A stretch of DNA of 32,000 nt from Longivirga aurantiaca (GTDB lineage Bacteria; Actinomycetota; Actinomycetes; S36-B12; CAIYMF01). Made by a program: the position numbers and the translations under genes. Shown here piece by piece: positions 18,089 to 26,897 of this stretch (positions are counted from its first letter, which is position 1; every line of letters begins with the position of its first letter). Below the pieces are notes generated by a model. It was not told the DNA's origin, made no database searches, and saw only the letters and a list, made by a program, of their open reading frames with translations. The stretch lies in contig NZ_JBHSTI010000051.1 in the NCBI RefSeq assembly GCF_042660085.1, forward strand, positions 3,089 to 35,088. The letters are read 5' to 3'.

Positions 18089-19498
18089 ATGAGCAGCGCG
18101 ACCGACGAACGCCGCACCGGCGGCGAGTGGCTGGCGGACTGGGACCCGGAGGACGCCCAGCACTGGGACAAGGCCCTGGCGTGGCGGACCCTCTCGATCA
18201 CGACGGTCGGGCTCATGCTCGCCTTCTGCACCTGGTTCCTCGCGAGCGCGCTGGCGCCGGTGCTCGGCAACCTCGGCTTCACGATCACCAAGGACCAGCT
18301 CTACTGGCTCACCGCCATGCCGGGTCTCGCCGGCGGCACGCTGCGCCTCATCTGGATGTGGCTGCCGCCGATCATGGGCACGCGCAAGCTCGTGTCGCTC
18401 ACCACGCTCCTGCTCGTGATCCCGCTCATCGGCTGGGCCGTCGCCGTGCAGAACCCCAGCACGAGCTACAGCACGTTCATGATCCTGGCGTTCCTGTCCG
18501 GCATCGGCGGCGGCGCGTTCTCCGGCTTCATGCCGAGCACGTCGTACTTCTTCCCGCGGCGGCTGCAGGGCACGGCGCTCGGGCTCCAGGCGGGGCTCGG
18601 CAACTTCGGCGTCTCGGTCGTGCAGTTCGTGACGCCGTGGATCGTCGGCTTCAGCCTGCTCGGAGTGCTCGGTGCCGCGCAGACGTTCCACAACCCGGCG
18701 ACCAACGTCAACAAGGACGTCTGGTACCAGAACGCGGCGTACATCTACGTGCCGTTCGTCGTGATCGTCGCGATCCTCGCCTGGACGATGCTCAAGAGCG
18801 TGCCGGTGCGCGCCAACTTCCGCCAGCAGCTGGACATCTTCAAGAACGTCGACACCTGGTGGATGACCGCCCTCTACGTGATGACGTTCGGCACCTTCGC
18901 CGGCCTCTCGGCGCAGTTCGGCCTGCTCATCAAGAACCTGTACGGCGCAGGCAATCCCGACATCGTCGCGACCGCGGCCGACGGCTCGACCACGGTGCTG
19001 GTCGCCGGGTACGCCGTACCTCTCGCCCTGACGTATGCGTTCATCGGCCCCCTCGTCGGTGCCGGTGCCCGCGTGCTGTTCAGCCCGCTCACCGACCGGT
19101 GGGGCGGCGCGCGCTGGACGCTCGTCTCGGGCATCGGCATCGCGGCCTCGATCGTCTACACGATGCAGTATGTGCAGCCCGATGTGGCTGCGGGTGCTGA
19201 GGCGTTGACGGCCCAGTTCCACAGCTTCCTGTTCGGCTTCATCGCGATCTTCTTCTTCACGGGAATCGGCAACGCCTCGACGTTCAAGCAGATGCCGATG
19301 ATCTTCGAACGCCGTCAGGCTGGAGGCGTCATCGGATGGACATCGGCCATCGCGGCATACGGGCCCTTCCTGTTCGGTGTGGGCCTCGCGACGCTGTCGG
19401 TGTCGGGCTTCCTCACCGTGCTGCTCGTCTTCGTCCTCGCCTGCGTCGCGCTGACGTGGGTGCGTTACGCGCGCCCCGGCGCGCCGAAGCCCTCCTGA
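18089..19498 (+). CDS. NarK-type MFS nitrate/nitrite transporter, copy 2
   Basis: FCTWFLASALAPVLGNLGFTITKDQLYWLTAMPGLAGGTLRLIWMWLPPIMGTR, GIGGGAFSGFMPSTSYFFPRRLQGTALGLQAGLGNFGVSVVQF, GIGNASTFKQMPMIF. Confidence 0.95.
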   Translation: MSSATDERRTGGEWLADWDPEDAQHWDKALAWRTLSITTVGLMLAFCTWFLASALAPVLGNLGFTITKDQLYWLTAMPGLAGGTLRLIWMWLPPIMGTRKLVSLTTLLLVIPLIGWAVAVQNPSTSYSTFMILAFLSGIGGGAFSGFMPSTSYFFPRRLQGTALGLQAGLGNFGVSVVQFVTPWIVGFSLLGVLGAAQTFHNPATNVNKDVWYQNAAYIYVPFVVIVAILAWTMLKSVPVRANFRQQLDIFKNVDTWWMTALYVMTFGTFAGLSAQFGLLIKNLYGAGNPDIVATAADGSTTVLVAGYAVPLALTYAFIGPLVGAGARVLFSPLTDRWGGARWTLVSGIGIAASIVYTMQYVQPDVAAGAEALTAQFHSFLFGFIAIFFFTGIGNASTFKQMPMIFERRQAGGVIGWTSAIAAYGPFLFGVGLATLSVSGFLTVLLVFVLACVALTWVRYARPGAPKPS

Positions 19499-19500
19499 CC

Positions 19501-19545
19501 GGGTGGGGGGAGCGGCAACCCCCTCACGGACCGCTCCCCCCACCC
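19501..19545. terminator. Hairpin terminator after second narK
   Basis: GGGTGGGGGGAGCGG (19501-19515) / CCGCTCCCCCCACCC (19531-19545), perfect 15-bp stem. Confidence 0.78.
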
Positions 19546-19586
19546 TTCGATCCCGACGACCCACGTGAGACCCCGACGACCGGAGG

Positions 19587-19907
19587 ATGACGATGACCGA
19601 GGACCTGCCCGATCCGACGACCTCGCCGACGGCCTCGAGCGGCTGCGGCTGCGGCACCTGCGGGTGCGGCGCGGCGAGCGAAGCGCCTGTGCTCGACGTG
19701 CGGACGATCCCGCGCGAGGTGCGGCATGCGGCAGTGATCGGTGCCGTCGGAGCCGTCCCCGTCGACGGCTCGATCGTCCTGCTGGCTCCGCACGACCCGC
19801 TGCCGTTGCTGCGCGAGCTCGACACCCTCTGGCCTGGGGTGCTGACGGTCGCATACGACGAGTCCGGACCGGAGACATGGGCGGTCCGCCTGCTTCGGAC
19901 ACGCTGA
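19587..19907 (+). CDS. DUF2249-like small protein with Cys/Gly-rich N-terminus
   Basis: ...SSGCGCGTCGCGAASEAPVLDVRTIPREVRHAAVIGAVGAVPVDGSIVLLAPHDPLPLLREL...YDESGPETWAVRLLRTR; paralog of 8746..9063. Confidence 0.87.
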   Translation: MTMTEDLPDPTTSPTASSGCGCGTCGCGAASEAPVLDVRTIPREVRHAAVIGAVGAVPVDGSIVLLAPHDPLPLLRELDTLWPGVLTVAYDESGPETWAVRLLRTR

Positions 19908-19914
19908 CACGACG

Positions 19915-21096
19915 ATGACCACCCTCGACACCCGTTCGACGACCCTCGTAGGTGCGGACTGGGCATCGGCGCGCACGGTCGCCCACGGCTGCCTTCCGCC
20001 CTTGGCCGCCGAGCACGTCTCGGTCGGACACGCCCACCGGCGCGTGCTCGCCTCGGATCTCGTCGCTGCGACGGCGCTTCCGGCGTTCACGTCATCCGCC
20101 ATGGACGGCTGGGCGGTGAGCGGTCCAGGTCCGTGGACGGTGACCGGAACCCTCCTCGCTGGAGGTTCCGCAGGGCCGCTGGCACCGGGAGAGGCGGTGG
20201 TGATCGCCACGGGCGCCCAGGCCCCGGGAGGTGCCACCGCAGTGCTGAGGTCCGAGGACGGCGTGGTGGTCGACGGCCGGCTCGAGGGACACGTGCGCGA
20301 CGGCGACCACCTTCGGCTGGCCGGTGAGGAGGCTCATCGGGGCGAGCTGATGGCACCCGCCGGCGTCGTCCTCACCGCCGGTCATCTCGGGCTCGCAGCG
20401 GCTGCCGGCTACGACGTGGTCCCGGTGGTACGCCGGCCGACGGTGGCCGTGCTGGTGCTCGGCGACGAGCTGCTCGACCACGGGGTGTCTGCGCGCGGCC
20501 GCGTGCGCGACTCTCTCGGGCCGCAGCTGCCGGCCTGGCTCGACCTGCTCGGCTGTTCCATACGGTCGGTGGCGCGCGTGCCGGATTCGCTGGCCGCCCT
20601 CGTCGAGGCGCTGATCTCGGTGGGCGACGTCGACCTGGTGGTGACCACCGGCGGCACCGCCGCCGGCCCGGTCGACCTCCTGCACCGGGCGATCGAGGCC
20701 CTTGCCGGGAGGCTGGTGGTCGACTCCGTCGCGGTGCGGCCGGGTCACCCCATGCTGCTCGCACGCCTCGCGCACCGCGTCGCGCTGCTCGGCCTCCCGG
20801 GCAACCCGCAGGCAGCGGTCGCCGCGCTGCTGACGCTCGGCGCGCCCCTCGTCGACGCGCTGCTCGGCCGCCCGCTCGCGGTGCTCGACCAGGTCCGGTC
20901 ACGTGAGGCGCTGGCTGCGCCCGGCCGGGCGACGCGGCTCGTGCTCGCGCGGCGTGGCGATGCCGGCGCGATCGCCGTCGCGCACCAGGGGTCGGCCATG
21001 CTCCGCGGCCTCGCGGAGGCGGACGGCTACCTGGTCGTCCCAACCGGTGGGTGTGCTGCCGACGACAGGCTTGCCTGGCTGCCCCTCCCACGATGA
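19915..21096 (+). CDS. moeA: Molybdopterin molybdenumtransferase (MoeA-like)
   Basis: PAFTSSAMDGWAV, EAVVIATGAQAPGGATAV, VLVLGDELLD, VVTTGGTAAGPVDLLHRAIEAL, VRPGHPMLLARL...LLGLPGNPQAAVAALLTLGAPLV. Confidence 0.93.
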   Translation: MTTLDTRSTTLVGADWASARTVAHGCLPPLAAEHVSVGHAHRRVLASDLVAATALPAFTSSAMDGWAVSGPGPWTVTGTLLAGGSAGPLAPGEAVVIATGAQAPGGATAVLRSEDGVVVDGRLEGHVRDGDHLRLAGEEAHRGELMAPAGVVLTAGHLGLAAAAGYDVVPVVRRPTVAVLVLGDELLDHGVSARGRVRDSLGPQLPAWLDLLGCSIRSVARVPDSLAALVEALISVGDVDLVVTTGGTAAGPVDLLHRAIEALAGRLVVDSVAVRPGHPMLLARLAHRVALLGLPGNPQAAVAALLTLGAPLVDALLGRPLAVLDQVRSREALAAPGRATRLVLARRGDAGAIAVAHQGSAMLRGLAEADGYLVVPTGGCAADDRLAWLPLPR

Positions 21097-21144
21097 GGCC
21101 CGGATCGGGCGCACGGTGGAGGGGCGTGCCGGATACTCCGCAGG

Positions 21145-23523
21145 GTGCTGAGGTTCCGCGACTGCGCCGTCGATGTCGCCGGCCGCGTGCTGCTGCGCGG
21201 CGGCGTGCCTCAGCACCTCGAGCCCCAGGCCTTCGACGTCCTCGCACTGCTCGTCGATCAGCGACACCGGGTTGTGCCCAAGGAGGAGATCCTCGACGCC
21301 GTGTGGGGCGGGCGCTTCATCAGCGACTCCGCGCTCTCCACGCGCATCAAGGAGATCCGGCGGGCGACGGGGGACGACGGCGACGCGCAGGCGGTGGTCA
21401 GGACCGTGCGCGGCCGCGGCTACCAGTTCGTCGCCGAGGTCGGCTCGCGCGTCGCTTCCCCGGCCGCGCCGACGCTGGTCGGTCGCGACCGGGACGTCGA
21501 GGAGCTCCTCGATCGCCTGGCGCCTGGCTCGCTCGTGACCCTGGTCGGCACCGGCGGGGTGGGCAAGTCCACCCTGGCGCGCGAGGTGGTTCGCCGTGCG
21601 GCCGAGCGGCGGGGCGTTGCGTGGTACATCGTCGATCTGACGGTGCTCGACGATTCAGCTCAACTGCTCCCGGCCGTCGCCCGAGGCGCCGGTCTCGTCG
21701 ACGACGGACCAGACCTGCTCGCCAAGACCCTCGCCGGTCGCGACGTGATCGTGCTGCTCGACGACGCTGATCTGCTCGTGGCCGATGTGGCCGCGCTGTG
21801 CGATGCCGTGGCGGCTGCGGCCGGCGTGGCCACGATCGTGGTCACCTGCCGCGAGCGTCTCGGCGTCCGCGCCGAGCGGATCTGGCCCGTGCTGCCGTTG
21901 TCGCCCGACGCCGCTCGAGCACTTCTCGTCGCCCGTGCGCGGGACGCCGCTCCTCTGGCGATGCTCGACGAGCTGCCGGACAGCACCCTCGACGCTCTCG
22001 CCGACTCGGTCGATCGCCTCCCGCTGGCGCTCGAGATGCTCGCGTCGATGAGCGCCCTCCTCGACGTGCCCGAGCTGCAGGTGGTGGTCGCTTCGAGTGC
22101 TTCCGCCGTGACCACGGGGCGGCGGGATGCGCCCGAGCGCCACCGCTCGCTGGCCCGACTCGTCGAGGGGTCGCTCGACCGGCTCGCCTCCCGCGACGCC
22201 GACGCGCTCGTGACGTTGTCGGCGTTCGCGGGCGCGTTCGCCACGTCCGATGCGGTGCGGCTGCTCGCGACGGACGACGCCCTCGAGGTGCTCCGATCTC
22301 TGGCCGACCGATCGCTTCTCTCGCCGGTGGAGGGTCGAGGAGGCCGGCGCTATCAGGTGCTGCGCACGGTGCGACGCGCCGTCGACGGGCGGACCTCGAG
22401 CGCCAGGCGCGCGGCTGCCGCAGGGCGGCACGCCGTGCTGGTCACGACGCTGCTGGAGGCCGCCGACGCAGACCTCCGTTGCGAACGCGAGGCCCAGGGG
22501 GCAGTCGTCTTCGACCGGCTGGCGGACGAGGCGCGCGCCGCGCACACCTGGGCCCGCGACGTCGACGTCGACCTCGCGGTCCGGCTTACCGCGGCCCTCC
22601 ACCTGTATGCCTACTCGCGCATGTGGGCTGAGCCGTCGACGTGGGCGGACGCACTCGAGCACCGCACCGACCATCCGGCAGTCGTCGTCGCGCTTGCGAG
22701 CCAGGCCGCTCAGGAGAGCCGACTGGCAGAGGCGCGCACCCGCGCGCTCGACGCGCTGGAACGCGGCGACGAGCGGGTGCGGGCGGCGGCCCTCGAGGTG
22801 CTGTCGGACGTCGGCATCTATGAGCACCGGCTCGACGAGGCGGCCACCTGGGCGAGTCGGCTGGTCGAGTCGGCCGCGGCGTCGGGAGCGGTGCGCGATC
22901 GCGCGATCGGCCTTTCCAACCGTGCCCTCGCGGCGACGTACGCGGGGGACGCCGCAGGCGCCGCTGCCGCCACTGCCGCGATCCTCGAGACCCCGGAGGA
23001 CGGCATGGCACCGACCGAGCGGGCCTGGCTCGCCTTCGCGCGTGGAGACGCGTATGCCGCGCTCGGCGGCGGGGATGCGATCCCCTGCTATGGCTCGGCC
23101 ATCGCGATCTCGGACAGCGTCGGGAGCACCTTCGTCGGCGGGGTGTCCCGCTGCTCCCTCGCGGCAGCGGTGGCCGAGACCGATGGTCCGATGGTGGCTG
23201 CGGCGTACTTCCGCGACGTGCTCGACACATACCGGGAACGCGGCAACATCACCCACCTGACGACGGCCCTCCGGCTCGTCGTGCCCGTCCTCGCCGGCAT
23301 CGGGGCGGACGAGACGACGTGCTGCGTCGCGGGCTGGACGCTGGGACCATCTGCGCGTCCGGGGCTCGCCGGCGACATCGCGCGGACCCGCGCGACCCTC
23401 GACGTGGTGCGCGGACGGCAGCCGGAGCCCGACGTCGAGCGGTGGACGACCCGAGGCTCGACGCTGACCGCCGGCGAGGTGGCTCACGCGGCGTCGGTCG
23501 CGCTCGCGGCCGCCGCAAGCTGA
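21145..23523 (+). CDS. Regulator with N-terminal OmpR/PhoB-type winged helix fused to a STAND/NB-ARC-like ATPase and helical repeat C-terminus
   Basis: LEPQAFDVLALLVDQRHRVVPKEEILDAVWGGRFISDSALSTRIKEIRRATGDD (wHTH); LVTLVGTGGVGKSTLAREVVRRA (P-loop); DVIVLLDDADLL; LPLALEMLASM. Confidence 0.88.
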   Translation: MLRFRDCAVDVAGRVLLRGGVPQHLEPQAFDVLALLVDQRHRVVPKEEILDAVWGGRFISDSALSTRIKEIRRATGDDGDAQAVVRTVRGRGYQFVAEVGSRVASPAAPTLVGRDRDVEELLDRLAPGSLVTLVGTGGVGKSTLAREVVRRAAERRGVAWYIVDLTVLDDSAQLLPAVARGAGLVDDGPDLLAKTLAGRDVIVLLDDADLLVADVAALCDAVAAAAGVATIVVTCRERLGVRAERIWPVLPLSPDAARALLVARARDAAPLAMLDELPDSTLDALADSVDRLPLALEMLASMSALLDVPELQVVVASSASAVTTGRRDAPERHRSLARLVEGSLDRLASRDADALVTLSAFAGAFATSDAVRLLATDDALEVLRSLADRSLLSPVEGRGGRRYQVLRTVRRAVDGRTSSARRAAAAGRHAVLVTTLLEAADADLRCEREAQGAVVFDRLADEARAAHTWARDVDVDLAVRLTAALHLYAYSRMWAEPSTWADALEHRTDHPAVVVALASQAAQESRLAEARTRALDALERGDERVRAAALEVLSDVGIYEHRLDEAATWASRLVESAAASGAVRDRAIGLSNRALAATYAGDAAGAAAATAAILETPEDGMAPTERAWLAFARGDAYAALGGGDAIPCYGSAIAISDSVGSTFVGGVSRCSLAAAVAETDGPMVAAAYFRDVLDTYRERGNITHLTTALRLVVPVLAGIGADETTCCVAGWTLGPSARPGLAGDIARTRATLDVVRGRQPEPDVERWTTRGSTLTAGEVAHAASVALAAAAS

Positions 23524-23589
23524 CGTGTCCCCACCTGATCCCCACGCAGCCCTCAAGCGGCGCGGCGGTGCGCGCTGTTGCCTGGGGGC

Positions 23590-24534
23590 ATGACGAACAA
23601 GCGCACGGATGGCCTCGCCGTTGACGACCTGATGCTCACCGACGGCGGACTCGAGACGGTCCTGGTGTTCCACGAGGGCATCGACCTCCCCGCGTTCGCC
23701 GCCTTCCCGCTCCTGGACTCCGCCGAGGGCCGCGACGCCCTTCTGCGCTACCACCGCGAGTTCCTGACGATCGCGGCCGACGCTGGTGCGGGCTATGTGC
23801 ACGAGACCCCGACCTGGCGCGCGAACCCGGCATGGGGGGCCGAGGTCGGCTACTCGGCGGACGGTCTGCGCCGGATCGCGTTCGACTCGGTCGCGTTCGG
23901 CACGTCGCTGCGCGATGAGTGGTCGGGCACCGGCGGCTTCCTCGTCAGCGGCTGCATCGGTCCGCGCGGCGACGGCTACGTGCCGGGTACGACGATGACG
24001 CCCGACCAGGCCGCGGCCTACCACCGCACGCAGGTCGGCGATCTCGCCGATGCCGGGGTCGACCTCGTCACGTCGTTCACCCTCCCGTACGCCGACGAGG
24101 GCACGGGGCTCGTCGCGGCGGCGGCGGAGGCCGGCGTGCCCGTGGTCGTGGGCTTCACGCTTGAGACGGACGGTCGGCTGCCGTCGGGGGAATCGCTGGG
24201 GGAGGCGATCGAAGCGGTGGACGCCGCGACGGGCGGATACGCGTCGTGGTTCATGGTCAACTGCGCGCACCCCGAGCACGTGCTCCCCGCCCTCGACGGG
24301 AGCGCTGCGTGGGCCTCCCGGATCGGCGCACTGCGTGCGAACGCGTCACGCATGACCCACGCCGAGCTCGACGAGGCCGAGGTGCTCGACGACGGCGACC
24401 CGGACGACCTGGCGCGCGGTTACGTCGACCTCGCCCGGCTGCTGCCCGGACTGCGGGTGGTGGGCGGATGCTGCGGCACGGACGCCCGCCACGTGGCCGC
24501 CATCGGTGCGGCGATGACGCGCGCGGCCGGCTGA
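23590..24534 (+). CDS. Homocysteine S-methyltransferase-family protein
   Basis: LTDGGLETVLVFHEGIDLPAFAAFPLL, MVNCAHPEH, and Zn-site VVGGCCGTDARHVAAI; ATG at 23590. Confidence 0.93.
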   Translation: MTNKRTDGLAVDDLMLTDGGLETVLVFHEGIDLPAFAAFPLLDSAEGRDALLRYHREFLTIAADAGAGYVHETPTWRANPAWGAEVGYSADGLRRIAFDSVAFGTSLRDEWSGTGGFLVSGCIGPRGDGYVPGTTMTPDQAAAYHRTQVGDLADAGVDLVTSFTLPYADEGTGLVAAAAEAGVPVVVGFTLETDGRLPSGESLGEAIEAVDAATGGYASWFMVNCAHPEHVLPALDGSAAWASRIGALRANASRMTHAELDEAEVLDDGDPDDLARGYVDLARLLPGLRVVGGCCGTDARHVAAIGAAMTRAAG

Positions 24535-24541
24535 GACTGGT

Positions 24542-24997
24542 CTAGGGCTGGCGGAGCCGGTCGAGGAGCTTGTCGAGCCGGGCGAGGTCTGTGCCGCTGA
24601 AGCCGTCGAAGATCTCGTGCAGCTCGGCAGCATGGATGGCGGCGGCCCGCTCGACGACGTCGTGACCCTGCGGGGTGACGACGGCCCAGATCACGCGCCG
24701 GTCGTGAGGAGCGGGCACCCGCTCGAGGTAGCCGGCCTCCACGATGCGGTCGACGAGCCGCGTGACCCCGCCCGTGGTGAGCGCGAGCTGGGCCGAGAGC
24801 TCGCTCATCATGAGCCGCTCCTCGGGGGAGCGCGCGACCCGCAGCAGCACCTCGAACCACGTGAGCGGTAGGTCGGCCTCGGCCTCGAGCGTGCGGGCGA
24901 GCCGGCGCTCCATGCCGCTGAACGCCTCGAGGAGGCGTCCGAACGTGGTGATGAGCGGATCGTCGATGGCGCGCGGCACGTCCGGTACCTTACTCAT
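24542..24997 (-). CDS. MarR-family transcriptional regulator
   Basis: MSELSAQLALTTGGVTRLVDRIVEAGYLERVPAPHDRRVIWAVVTPQG winged-helix with DRR motif. ATG at 24997, or TTG at 25000. Confidence 0.93.
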   Translation of the reverse strand: MSKVPDVPRAIDDPLITTFGRLLEAFSGMERRLARTLEAEADLPLTWFEVLLRVARSPEERLMMSELSAQLALTTGGVTRLVDRIVEAGYLERVPAPHDRRVIWAVVTPQGHDVVERAAAIHAAELHEIFDGFSGTDLARLDKLLDRLRQP

Positions 24998-25077
24998 CAA
25001 CGTCTGACACGTCAGGGAATTCCACGGCGGGTCCGGCTGTTGCCGTGTCGTCCGTCCCCGCTTCTCCGAGGTGCCCC

Positions 25078-25596
25078 ATGGTCGTCTCCGCCGTCAGGCT
25101 CAACCACGCCGTGCTCCACGTGTCCGACCTCGAGCGCTCGCTCGACTTCTACCAGCGCGTGTTCGGGATGGAGGTCGTCGCGCGGGAGCCCCGCGCCAAC
25201 GCCGCTTTCCTGAAGCTGCCGCGCAGCGGCAACCACCACGACCTCGGCCTCTTCGGCATCGGCGGCTCGTACGGGCCGAAGCGCCCGGGCATCGGGCTCT
25301 ACCACCTCGCCTGGCAGGTCGACACCATCGACGAGCTCCAGGACGCGCAGGTGGTGCTCGCCGAGGCGGGCGCCCTCGTGGGCGAGTCGAGCCACGGTGC
25401 GACCAAGAGCCTCTACGCGCAGGACCCGGACGGCAACGAGTTCGAGGTCATGTGGATGCTGCCGCGCTCGGAGTGGGGTGCGTACGAGAACTCGGCACCC
25501 ATCGAGCGGCTCGACCTGCGCGGCGACGTCGAGCGGTGGACCGGCGTCTCGACGTCCGATGAGCTCCGACCTCGGCTCGCCCAGGGCGACGCGTGA
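25078..25596 (+). CDS. VOC/glyoxalase/extradiol dioxygenase-superfamily protein
   Basis: RLNHAVLHVSDLERSLDFYQRVFGMEVV, HHDLGLFGIG, GLYHLAWQVDTIDEL, YAQDPDGNEFEVMWM. Confidence 0.93.
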   Translation: MVVSAVRLNHAVLHVSDLERSLDFYQRVFGMEVVAREPRANAAFLKLPRSGNHHDLGLFGIGGSYGPKRPGIGLYHLAWQVDTIDELQDAQVVLAEAGALVGESSHGATKSLYAQDPDGNEFEVMWMLPRSEWGAYENSAPIERLDLRGDVERWTGVSTSDELRPRLAQGDA

Positions 25597-26225
25597 CCGG
25601 CTTCGCCGAGCCCGTCGTCGCGACTGCCGGGAGCCTCGACCCCGACGCTCCGCTCGTGGTGCTGCTGCACGGCCGCGGCTCGCACGAGGGCGACATCATC
25701 GGCCTCGCGCGCTACCTGCCCGAGGGCCTGGCGTACGCCGCGGTGCGCGCGCCGATCGGCGAGGGCGGCGGATACGCCTGGTTCGCCAACCGCGGCATCG
25801 GGCGCCCGGTCGCGGAGTCGCTGCGCGCCACGATGGACTGGTTCCGCATGTGGCTCGACGCGGCCGCCGGCGAGCGCCCTGTGGTTCTTGTCGGCTTCAG
25901 CGGCGGCGCCGCGTTCGCCGGCGGCCTCGTGCTGGACGACCCGTCGCGGTACGCCGGGGCAGCCGTGCTGTTCGGCACCGTCCCCTTCGACGCCGGCGTG
26001 CCCGTGACCGATGGCCGGCTCGACGGCGTGCCGGTGCTCGTCGTCCAGGGCGACGACGACACCGTGATCCCGCGCGACCTGCTCGACCGGACCTGGGCCT
26101 ACGTCACCGGCGAGTCCCGGGCCGCGGCCACCACGCACCGCTCGCCGGGCGGCCACGGCATCGACCAGGGCGCCCTCGGCACCCTGCGCACCTGGCTCAC
26201 CGCCACCGTGCCCCGGCACGAGTAG
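25593..26225 (+). CDS. Alpha/beta hydrolase, phospholipase/carboxylesterase type
   Basis: LVVLLHGRGSHEGD, VLVGFSGGAAFAGGLVL nucleophile elbow, VLVVQGDDDTVIP, GGHGID; overlaps VOC gene stop. Confidence 0.92.
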   Translation: MTGFAEPVVATAGSLDPDAPLVVLLHGRGSHEGDIIGLARYLPEGLAYAAVRAPIGEGGGYAWFANRGIGRPVAESLRATMDWFRMWLDAAAGERPVVLVGFSGGAAFAGGLVLDDPSRYAGAAVLFGTVPFDAGVPVTDGRLDGVPVLVVQGDDDTVIPRDLLDRTWAYVTGESRAAATTHRSPGGHGIDQGALGTLRTWLTATVPRHE

Positions 26226-26269
26226 CTCGAGCTGCTCGAGGACCGAGAGGCGAGCGGTAGCGTTCCCGC

Positions 26270-26539
26270 GTGACTGTGACGGACGTCCTCGGCTGGGTCG
26301 GAGCGCTCGGCGTGCTCGCGGCGTACGGCCTGCTGACCGTCGGACGCTGGGAGTCCGCGTCGATGCGCTACCAGGGCGCCAACACGGTGTTCGCGGCGCT
26401 GCTGCTCGTGTGGGCGATCTCGATCGCGGCCTGGCAGTCGGCGCTCCTCAACGGGGTCTGGGCCGCGGTCGGCCTGGTCGGCGTCCTGCGGATCCTGCGG
26501 CGTCGCTCCGACGCCCCGGAACCGCACGTGGGCGACTGA
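26270..26539 (+). CDS. Small multi-TM protein, CBU_0592-like
   Basis: VLGWVGALGVLAAYGLLTVGRW...YQGANTVFAALLLVWAISIAAWQSALLNGVWAAVGLVGVLRILRRR; GTG start. Confidence 0.78.
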   Translation: MTVTDVLGWVGALGVLAAYGLLTVGRWESASMRYQGANTVFAALLLVWAISIAAWQSALLNGVWAAVGLVGVLRILRRRSDAPEPHVGD

Positions 26540-26765
26540 TCGCACGTCCGGCGCCTGCTCCGATCGGGCGTCCAAGGTTGCGCCTGGGTCACGACCCGGC
26601 GCTTCAGCGCGCATCGGCGCTCCGGCGGTGGCACCGTCGGACGCGCACACAACCCGTCAGACCGTCCGACTGGGGAGCCGGCCGCAGGTGCGGCAGGGGG
26701 CTTCCCGCGGCGGTCCGATCGCGGTATCGTGGGAGCGCTCCATCGCCGAGCCACCGATACCAATT

Positions 26766-26779
26766 TGTAATCGGTTGCA
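26766..26779. promoter_or_regulatory. Candidate LacI-family operator upstream of sugar ABC importer
   Basis: TGTAATCGGTTGCA fits TGNNANCGNTNNCA in every specified position; a weaker related site GCGAAACGCTTACA lies at 26833-26846. Confidence 0.55.
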
Positions 26780-26897
26780 GACCGGAAACTTCACTGAAAC
26801 CCCTTGCTTACGCGCGTGACTCGCAGCAAGATGCGAAACGCTTACAAGCCCGGGGATCAGCCACCCGGACCTCTCAAATCGGCTCGAGGGAGACAGA

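Noticed and set aside
17972-19966. 664-aa minus-strand ORF opposite narK2
   Set aside because: Covers a clear NarK transporter and its terminator on the other strand; no recognisable domain.
21145-23523. STAND ATPase considered as an antiphage (Avs-like) defence gene
   Set aside because: N-terminal OmpR-type DNA-binding domain and lack of effector or other defence genes favour a transcriptional regulator.
21655-24279. 874-aa minus-strand ORF opposite the STAND regulator and methyltransferase
   Set aside because: Spans two well-supported opposite-strand genes; composition typical of spurious GC-rich ORFs.
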